NCBI GenBank assembly: GCA_016929525.1
Contig: JAFGIP010000051.1
Span: 62,162 to 126,161 of the forward strand
Source of the DNA: Bacteroidales bacterium
GTDB lineage: Bacteria > Bacteroidota > Bacteroidia > Bacteroidales > UBA10428
Length of the DNA: 64,000 bases
Direction: 5' to 3'
A model generated the notes under the pieces. The model was not told where the DNA came from, ran no database searches, and was given only the letters and a program-made list of their open reading frames with translations. Within the stretch, counting starts at the first letter, position 1. Each line of letters begins with the position of its first letter. This document shows, piece after piece, positions 57,116 to 64,000 of the stretch. A program made the translations under genes and the position numbers.

Positions 57116-59125
57116 ATGAACAAGCTTCGGATAACCATAATAGCATTTTTAAATTTCGCTTTCATGCTACTTGGGGCACAACAACAAGAAAAATTGGCCG
57201 AAATATGGAATGAAGCCAACAAATCGATAGAAGAAGGAGACTATTTAAAAGGTGTTGAGTATATGAATAAGTATCTGGAGATATCACCTTTTAATGATAG
57301 AGCATTATTTAAAAGGGCTGTTTGTAAATTAAATCTCGCAGACCTGGCAGGCAGTTGCGAAGATTTTAATAATGTCAATAAAATGGGTTTTATTAAAAAG
57401 CTGGTAGTCAATTATCTTTGTGATCACGAAAAGCGTTTTAAATATTTAAAAAAACAATATTATAATAAAACTGAAGTTTATGCCAACTTAGGTTACAGGC
57501 CGATTTATACAAGAGCTGACACACTAAGGGGAGCACTTCGAAAAGAAAGAACTTGCTTCGATGTTTTTTACTATAACCTATCACTGAGAATACTCCCTGC
57601 CGGAAAAAAAATCTCAGGAACGAATGAAATTTGGTTTAAGGGCTTAGAGAAATGCGGGACAATTCAGCTTGATCTGTTTTCGAATCTTGATATTGAATCT
57701 ATTAACTATAAAGGCTCTGAATTAAACTATCGAAGGGAATATGATGCAGTTTTCATCGATATACCCGGCGGTATAAAGAAAGGGGAACAGTACTGTATTT
57801 CATTTAAATATTCAGGGAAACCGATAGTGTCGAAAAATCCACCATGGGATGGCGGATTTGTCTGGAGTCGCGATATGCATTTAAACAGATGGGTTGGTGT
57901 TGCCTGTGAACAATTCGGAGCCAGTTCGTGGTGGCCATGTAAAGATCATCTGTCAGATAAGCCTGATTCTATGGGAATAAATATCGAAGTGACCTCAGGT
58001 TATCAGGCAGTATCTAATGGTACATTAAGAGATGTTATTGAATTAGAAGATGGATATTGTCGTTATGAATGGTTTGTTAATTATCCGATTAACAATTATA
58101 ACACTACTTTTTACATGGGCAAATATTCTGAATTTACCGATACAATTTATTGTGAGAGTGACACACTTCTTGCCCGATACCATGTACTGCCCAATCATAT
58201 GGATATTGCAAAAGAATATTTCAAACAATGTAATGATGTTGTTCGCTTTTACAGCTCAGCATTTGGACCGTTTCCTTTCCCAAAGGACAATTTCAGAATG
58301 GTTGAATCGCCTTATGCCGGAATGGAACATCAAACAGCAATAGCATACGGCGATGCATTTAATGTAGAAAAGAATGCACGAACCTATCTTATTAAGGATT
58401 TCGACCCGATAATAGTACATGAAACTGCTCATGAATGGTGGGGAAACGCAGTTACTATTGGCGATATGGCTGATATCTGGTTACATGAAGGTTTCGCTAC
58501 GTATTCGGAATACCTGTTTCTGGAGCATATGCTTGGCTATGATACTGCTATGGCAGAACTCCATAAGCAGATGAGAATTATTAATAATTTTTGGCCATTA
58601 GTGCAGAACCGCGATGTGAATGAAAATACTTTTGCAGGGAGTGATGTCTACAATAAAGGCGCTGCATTGCTGAATAATCTGCGCTGCTCAATAAATAATG
58701 ACTCGTTATTTATGAAGATGCTATATGATTTTAATATGTGTTACCGCGACAGCATTATAAGATCTGAACATTTTATTGCTTTTGTGAATAACGCAACCGG
58801 AGAAAATTATGATCCTCTGTTCAATAAATTTCTTTATCATACTGATTTACCGGTTCTTTATTATACTTATACCCGGGAAGGTGATAATCTCAGGTTAAGG
58901 TTTAAATGGACAGAAGTTGAACAAGGTTTTAGAATGCCATTTTCAATAATAACTTTTGGTGAACAGGAAAGATCTGCTAGATTTGATGCAGATACCAAGG
59001 AAAAAGAAATTGTTCTGGAAGATGTTTCTTCTTTCAATTTTTTCAGCATGCACCATACTCCGGAAAAATGTCCGCACAATGGTCTTACGTATTTTCACAC
59101 ACACTGTGGGAATTTTCATCAGTGA
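57116..59125 (+). CDS. M1 family metallopeptidase (aminopeptidase N-like) with N-terminal TPR-like segment
   Basis: 669 aa. GAMEHQ-like GMEHQT exopeptidase motif and HETAHEWWGN...WLHEGFATY (HExxH-x18-E). Confidence 0.88.
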   Translation: MNKLRITIIAFLNFAFMLLGAQQQEKLAEIWNEANKSIEEGDYLKGVEYMNKYLEISPFNDRALFKRAVCKLNLADLAGSCEDFNNVNKMGFIKKLVVNYLCDHEKRFKYLKKQYYNKTEVYANLGYRPIYTRADTLRGALRKERTCFDVFYYNLSLRILPAGKKISGTNEIWFKGLEKCGTIQLDLFSNLDIESINYKGSELNYRREYDAVFIDIPGGIKKGEQYCISFKYSGKPIVSKNPPWDGGFVWSRDMHLNRWVGVACEQFGASSWWPCKDHLSDKPDSMGINIEVTSGYQAVSNGTLRDVIELEDGYCRYEWFVNYPINNYNTTFYMGKYSEFTDTIYCESDTLLARYHVLPNHMDIAKEYFKQCNDVVRFYSSAFGPFPFPKDNFRMVESPYAGMEHQTAIAYGDAFNVEKNARTYLIKDFDPIIVHETAHEWWGNAVTIGDMADIWLHEGFATYSEYLFLEHMLGYDTAMAELHKQMRIINNFWPLVQNRDVNENTFAGSDVYNKGAALLNNLRCSINNDSLFMKMLYDFNMCYRDSIIRSEHFIAFVNNATGENYDPLFNKFLYHTDLPVLYYTYTREGDNLRLRFKWTEVEQGFRMPFSIITFGEQERSARFDADTKEKEIVLEDVSSFNFFSMHHTPEKCPHNGLTYFHTHCGNFHQ

Positions 59126-59131
59126 TTTGTT

Positions 59132-59857
59132 TTAGAATTCCCACTTGACCCCCAGAGTAGGGAAAAACTCTGTTCTTGAACTACCAGGATAGAAATTATA
59201 TCCTATCTTAACCTCACTTCCGACAGCCAGGTATGGTGTTATATTGTACCATAGCTGAGGTTCTCCGTAAATAACAAGAACTTTCTCTTCCGGATCACCA
59301 TAAAAATCGTCCTGGCTCCAGAAATCGAGGAAGCCGCTAATGGTTACTTTATCATTGAAAAGAAAATGATACCATGCAAATGTTAACTGAAAATCAGGGG
59401 CAACTGACCCTCTGATGTATTTGTACAGTAACATTGTATTTAATGTAAATCCTCCCGGCCGGACCGGATAACCCAGGCCGGCCAGCCAGGATCCTCTGAG
59501 ATTTTCACCATATACAATATTTTCATCGGAATAAATTAAACTTCCGTCATTATACTCCACGTGTAATCCTAATTCGTTTATAAATTTGTTTTTTTTAAAC
59601 CATGGCATGTAGAATTCACGGGAGATCTCAAAATATCCCAGTGATACTCCACGCGGATTATCGGGTGAATCGAATTCAAAATCGATAAAAAGAAAGGTAT
59701 AGCCCAGTGAATCGGGTTTAAACATTTCAAATGTCGAAACAAAAAAATCCCTGTGAGTGCCATCTTCATACCGGCCAAAGTCATAATGGAGCTGAACGTT
59801 TTGTGAAAAGATAAAAGTCGGGAAGAAACTTAGAAGAATAAATAACTGTTTTTTCAT
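59132..59857 (-). CDS. Outer-membrane beta-barrel protein, DUF5020/Tsx-like
   Basis: 241 aa. Signal peptide, then QNVQLHYDFGR. Alternating aromatic beta-strand pattern and a C-terminal ...GVKWEF. Confidence 0.55.
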   Translation of the reverse strand: MKKQLFILLSFFPTFIFSQNVQLHYDFGRYEDGTHRDFFVSTFEMFKPDSLGYTFLFIDFEFDSPDNPRGVSLGYFEISREFYMPWFKKNKFINELGLHVEYNDGSLIYSDENIVYGENLRGSWLAGLGYPVRPGGFTLNTMLLYKYIRGSVAPDFQLTFAWYHFLFNDKVTISGFLDFWSQDDFYGDPEEKVLVIYGEPQLWYNITPYLAVGSEVKIGYNFYPGSSRTEFFPTLGVKWEF

Positions 59858-59921
59858 TTTACTAGTTTTTTACGTGGTTATCTAGGACACGAACTTTGAT
59901 TTATGACATTTTTGAAGGGTG

Positions 59922-59929
59922 CAAATGTA
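59922..59929 (-). promoter_or_regulatory. Bacteroidota -7 promoter box for the DUF5020 gene
   Basis: CAAAtgTA on the + strand (TAcaTTTG on -), 65 nt upstream of the ATG at 59857. Confidence 0.4.
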
Positions 59930-59974
59930 GAATAATTTTTATATAGCGAAAAACGGACTGCAAATTTTTATTTA

Positions 59975-60694
59975 ATGCGTAGCTTTGCTGTCTCAGAGGC
60001 AGTGAAAACATACAGACACATATTCTTTGACCTTGACAGAACGTTATGGGATTTTGAGCAGAATTGCGCAGAAACTCTGCATCAGGTTATTACTGAATTT
60101 TCAATAGATAAAATAAAAGATCAGGAAAAAGAGTTTATACGTGCATACAATTATTTTAATGATCATCTCTGGGATCATTACCGAAGGGGAAAGATAAAGA
60201 AGTCCCTGTTAAAGCATGAGAGGTTCAGATTGTTATTTAATCACTTTGGTATAAATAATAAAGAACTGGTTCAGAAGGTGAGCCGGTTTTATTTAAACAA
60301 CTGTCCGCTAAAATCGGCACTAATGCCAAATGCCAAAGAGATTATACGGTATCTGTATGATAATTATACGTTATGCGTTATTTCAAACGGATTTTATGAT
60401 GCACAGCTTACAAAAATGAAGAATTCAGGTATATCACCTTATTTTAAAAAACTCTTTACATCCGACAGGATAGGATATGCAAAACCGCATAAAGGAATAT
60501 ATGAGTATTCTGTCAGTGCGGTGCATGCAACGAAGGAGGCCAGCATAATGATTGGTGATGATCCCAGGAACGATATAGACGGGGCAAAAAATGCCGGCAT
60601 CGATCAGGTATACTATAAGCAGAAGAAAGACGAAAACGAAATTAATGCAACCTTTATCATAGAGTCGTTATTGGAACTGAAGGATATTTTGTAA
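59975..60694 (+). CDS. HAD-superfamily hydrolase, YjjG-like nucleotidase subfamily
   Basis: 239 aa. IFFDLDRTLWDF motif I, ISNG motif II, and IGDDPRNDIDGAKNAG motif IV. Confidence 0.75.
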   Translation: MRSFAVSEAVKTYRHIFFDLDRTLWDFEQNCAETLHQVITEFSIDKIKDQEKEFIRAYNYFNDHLWDHYRRGKIKKSLLKHERFRLLFNHFGINNKELVQKVSRFYLNNCPLKSALMPNAKEIIRYLYDNYTLCVISNGFYDAQLTKMKNSGISPYFKKLFTSDRIGYAKPHKGIYEYSVSAVHATKEASIMIGDDPRNDIDGAKNAGIDQVYYKQKKDENEINATFIIESLLELKDIL

Positions 60695-60757
60695 GGATGG
60701 GTTAAAGCTTGGAAAGAGGCAGAGATATTTGGATTTTTCACTTTTTGAAAACTTAAT

Positions 60758-60815
60758 GAAACCGGAATAATGTGATGTTGGGATAATGTGAAACCGGAAT
60801 GATGTGTTGATGGGG
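60758..60815. repeat. Imperfect tandem direct repeat (about 32-nt period)
   Basis: GAAACCGGAATAATGTGATGTTGGG (60758-60782) and GAAACCGGAATGATGTGTTGATGGGG (60790-60815), inside a G-rich/C-poor spacer. Confidence 0.6.
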
Positions 60816-60950
60816 TAGTGGGTGATTAATAGCTTCTTTCTGATAAACTGTCTCTACAGTTTTCCACCAGGCAACATTTCAGCTTCAACACAGGTTTGAT
60901 TTTGTGTACTTATAAAAGTACGGTATCATTCATACTTTGCAGGGAGCTTA

Positions 60951-62483
60951 TTAGAAAGGCACCTCTTCAGAGAAGTCGGAGTTACGCAATAAATCGTCTT
61001 TGTCAAAATCAGAAGTATGCTCATTCATTTTTGAACCAACGGTAAATGCTTTTGGTTGAGCTTCGGGATCAATATCCAGGTCTACCGGGCCAAAGTAATC
61101 ATCTTCCATTTCAACAAATTTTGCATACTCACTGATAAATTTGAGAAAGACGTCGCCAAGTGCACCGTTTCTGTGTTTTGCCAGGATTATTTCAGCCAGT
61201 CCGCGTAATGAATTACCGTCATTGTCCTCTGTAATTCCGTATTTCTCAGGACGATGGATAAAAGCAACCATATCAGCATCCTGTTCAATAGCACCTGATT
61301 CTCTCAGATCGGATAGCTGTGGACGTTTACTGCCGGTTCTTATTTCAACTGAACGGTTAAGCTGTGACAAAGCAATTACGGGTACGTTAAGTTCTTTTGC
61401 AATTCCCTTAAGGGCTCTTGATATATTACTTACTTCCTGTTCACGGTTTCCTTTTGTTTCAGGAGTTCCGCTCATAAGCTGCAAGTAATCAATAATAACA
61501 ATATCAATATTGTGCAGGCGTTTTAATCTTCTGCATTTTGCTCTTAATTCAAATACTGATATTGCAGGTGTATCGTCGATAAATATTTTAGCATCTTCCA
61601 GTCTTTTAATTCTGTAATCAAGCCTTTCCCATTCATTATCCGATAGATTACCGACACGGATTTTTTCTGAAGGGATTTCTGCTTCGGATACAATAAGTCT
61701 GTTTACCAGCTGAATACTTGACATTTCAAGACTGAATAAGGCTACTGATTTACCATGGTCAATTGCCATATTTCGTGTCATTGAAAGAACAAAAGCAGTT
61801 TTACCCATCGATGGACGACCTGCAATGATAACAAGGTCTGAATTCTGCCAGCCACTTGTCAGTCGGTCAATCTTTGTATAACCTGAAGGAATTCCACTAA
61901 GATTGTCATCTCTTTTCGAAGCTTCCTGAATAAGTGAGATGGCATCTTTTACCAATACGTTCATTGGCGCTGCTTCTTTCTTGATATGTCCTTGAGCAAC
62001 ATTAAAAAGTTCACTTTCGCTAAAATCGAGAAGATCATTTACATCCACCCCATCGTCGAATGCTTTATTTTGAATTTCGGATGAAACCCGTATCAATTCC
62101 CGCTGAATAAATTTTTGTTGTACAATACGGGCGTGGAATTCGATATGTGCTGCTGAAGCTACCCTGCTGGTCAGATGAGTAATATATGAGATACCACCTA
62201 CCTCGTCGAGTTTACCTTCTTTTTTTAGTTCTTCAGGTATTGTAAGCAGATCGATTGCTTTATCTGCTGCAAAAAGATTTAATGCTGCCTGGTAAATTTT
62301 CTGGTGCTCCTCCCTGTAAAAACTTTCAGGTTTTAATATGTCAATAACTTCAATGATGGCGTCCTTTTCAAGCATAACAGCTCCCAACACGGCTTCTTCA
62401 AGCTCTAAAGCTTGCGGGGGAAGTTTACCATGTTCAAGATTTACCGGAAGCTGACTGGAGGCTGTAGACTTTTTTTGGGCCAT
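60951..62483 (-). CDS. dnaB: Replicative DNA helicase DnaB
   Basis: 510 aa. LPPQALELEEAVLGA N-terminus, Walker A GRPSMGKTAF, Walker B IDYLQLM, and QLNRSVE. No intein. Confidence 0.95.
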   Translation of the reverse strand: MAQKKSTASSQLPVNLEHGKLPPQALELEEAVLGAVMLEKDAIIEVIDILKPESFYREEHQKIYQAALNLFAADKAIDLLTIPEELKKEGKLDEVGGISYITHLTSRVASAAHIEFHARIVQQKFIQRELIRVSSEIQNKAFDDGVDVNDLLDFSESELFNVAQGHIKKEAAPMNVLVKDAISLIQEASKRDDNLSGIPSGYTKIDRLTSGWQNSDLVIIAGRPSMGKTAFVLSMTRNMAIDHGKSVALFSLEMSSIQLVNRLIVSEAEIPSEKIRVGNLSDNEWERLDYRIKRLEDAKIFIDDTPAISVFELRAKCRRLKRLHNIDIVIIDYLQLMSGTPETKGNREQEVSNISRALKGIAKELNVPVIALSQLNRSVEIRTGSKRPQLSDLRESGAIEQDADMVAFIHRPEKYGITEDNDGNSLRGLAEIILAKHRNGALGDVFLKFISEYAKFVEMEDDYFGPVDLDIDPEAQPKAFTVGSKMNEHTSDFDKDDLLRNSDFSEEVPF

Positions 62484-62750
62484 ATCTGCTGTTTTTCAGG
62501 TTTTTGGAACAAAATATTTGATAATTTTAGGGTTTATAAAAATACAATCACAAACAGGTTTTAATCGGAAAACCTTGTTTTTATTATAAACATATTTTCA
62601 GCTTATTTTAAATTTTATTGTTGAAAAATTGTGAACTTCTTTTTTAATAATTTTTATGAAGAAAAAGTTTTAAGAAGTTAAAGGTTCATTATTACTGAAG
62701 AATTGTATATTGGCATGAAAAAGCCGTGATATAATTTATATTTTTTCGAA

Positions 62751-63578
62751 ATGGTACTTTTCCCAAATGCAAAAATTAATCTTGGTTTACGCATCACAGA
62801 GAAACGCAAGGACGGTTTCCATAACATCGAAACAATTTTTATTCCCGTCGGTTTATGCGATGTCCTTGAGTTTGTAGAAAACAAAGGTTCCGATGCAGAT
62901 ATTACGGTCACGGGACTGGAATTTGAACATAAGTCGGGTGATAACCTGGTAGTAAAAGCGTGGGAATTAATGAATAAAAAATACGGCATTCCAGGTGTTG
63001 ACATCCAACTTCAGAAAAACATACCATTAGGTGCCGGATTAGGAGGTGGTTCTGCCGATGCTGCATTTATGCTTAAAGGTTTGAACTGGTGGTTTAATTT
63101 AAACTGCAGTAATGAATCACTTGAGCTGATGGCGGCACAGTTGGGAAGTGATTGTGCTTTTTTTATTCGGAACAGCGCTGCATATGCTACAGGCAGGGGC
63201 GAAATTCTTGAGACAATTCATTTACACCTTCATAAGTATAAAGTATTTTTAGTAAATCCGGGTATTCATATCGATACCAGTGAAGCATATGCCGGTACTA
63301 TACCACAAAGTTTTAATAAAACATTAAAGCAGTTATCTGCACTTTCTGTTGATGAGTGGCAGGATCAAATTACAAATCAGTTTGAAGAGTCTGTCTTTGA
63401 GAAATATCCGCAACTTTCAGAAATAAAAAAGACACTACTGGATGAAGGGGCTGTATATGCTTCGATGTCGGGAAGCGGCTCCACCATATATGGATTGTTT
63501 CACAGGGATAAGAAATTACCCGGCGATTTATTTAAATATCATTTTACATGGTTTGGTGATATGATGTCAACAATCTGA
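62751..63578 (+). CDS. ispE: 4-(cytidine 5'-diphospho)-2-C-methyl-D-erythritol kinase
   Basis: 275 aa. PNAKINLGLRI, GHMP kinase motif IPLGAGLGGGSADAA, and ASMSGSGST. Confidence 0.9.
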   Translation: MVLFPNAKINLGLRITEKRKDGFHNIETIFIPVGLCDVLEFVENKGSDADITVTGLEFEHKSGDNLVVKAWELMNKKYGIPGVDIQLQKNIPLGAGLGGGSADAAFMLKGLNWWFNLNCSNESLELMAAQLGSDCAFFIRNSAAYATGRGEILETIHLHLHKYKVFLVNPGIHIDTSEAYAGTIPQSFNKTLKQLSALSVDEWQDQITNQFEESVFEKYPQLSEIKKTLLDEGAVYASMSGSGSTIYGLFHRDKKLPGDLFKYHFTWFGDMMSTI

Positions 63579-63579
63579 A

Positions 63580-63612
63580 ATAAAATAAAAAACCGGGTAT
63601 GTACTTCCCGGT
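63580..63612 (-). terminator. Rho-independent terminator of the downstream porin-family gene
   Basis: accggg (63592-63597) pairs with cccggt (63607-63612). On the - strand it is followed by TTTTTTATTTTATTT. Confidence 0.55.
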
Positions 63613-63636
63613 CTTCAAACTTATGTTGATTTTTTT

Positions 63637-64000
63637 TTAAAAGTAAAAGTAACCGGTAATCATTCCTACCCTTGATTTTGAGATCATATCATTTCTGTCA
63701 AAAAAGCCCTCAACTTCAGGAGTAATATTCATTAGGCCTATGGCAAAAGATGCGTCAATGGCAACAGGACCAAATTTCACACCGGCCCCTAATATTAAAC
63801 CACCATCAAAACGATATGCCGGCCATTCTTCATCACCAATATCCTCCGGGTCGAATGAAGTACCAAAAACATAACGAAGTACCTCCTCATCTCCTTCTTC
63901 CCCATCGTATTCGAATTTGTATTTATTTCTACCCCAAAATCCTACATCAATGAAAGGTCCGGCAAAAAATCTGAAGTTATTAAGATTATAAGCAGCTTTT
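63637..64000 (-). CDS. Porin-family outer membrane beta-barrel protein, C-terminal part (5' end outside window)
   Basis: Hand translation of the - strand: ...FAGPFIDVGFWGRNKYKFEYDG...GGLILGAGVKFGPVAIDASFAIGLMNI...SRVGMITGYFYF*. It ends in an aromatic residue and is OMP_b-brl_2-like. The + strand ORF 63750-63953 is its shadow. Confidence 0.55.
   Translation of the reverse strand, partial: KAAYNLNNFRFFAGPFIDVGFWGRNKYKFEYDGEEGDEEVLRYVFGTSFDPEDIGDEEWPAYRFDGGLILGAGVKFGPVAIDASFAIGLMNITPEVEGFFDRNDMISKSRVGMITGYFYF

Noticed and set aside
63750-63953. 67-aa + strand ORF near the window end
   Set aside because: It lies antisense to a minus-strand reading frame that translates into a convincing porin-family C-terminus ending in ...GYFYF. 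It is His/Pro/Gln-rich nonsense.

Overview
Low-GC Bacteroidota chromosomal segment. The assignment rests on three T9SS C-terminal sorting domains, GldB, type III glutamine synthetase GlnN, DUF2851/DUF3109 families and many TAnnTTTG -7 promoter boxes. About 50 CDS are densely packed, most on the minus strand. Housekeeping genes: pnp, rpsO, pyrF, prfA, purM-like, folE, der, era, rluD, rpmH, dnaB, ispE and one tRNA-Phe(GAA). Envelope, secretion and signalling genes: a hybrid sensor kinase, an OmpR/HK pair, an OmpA/PorE-like protein, a TonB-type barrel and T9SS cargo proteins. I see no rRNA, CRISPR array, transposase, integrase or phage gene. Most notable: (1) a translationally coupled HAD phosphatase / methyltransferase / DPPR-synthase-like UbiA / GT-C+TPR operon (50936-55551), a candidate polyprenyl-phospho-pentose glycosylation pathway, with a decayed second GT-C (GT39-like) pseudogene 4 kb downstream. 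(2) A CarH/LitR-type MerR-B12 regulator with intact Wx9EH and ExHxxG motifs, next to an ECF sigma factor whose promoter region carries two copies of a perfect 8-14-8 palindrome. (3) A GH16-CBM42-T9SS protein whose catalytic nucleophile Glu is replaced by Lys. (4) A tandem pair of paralogues, each with two galactose-binding-like modules. (5) A T9SS-targeted Cys/His peptidase-like protein. All calls come from reading the sequence and ORF translations by eye; no database search was run.
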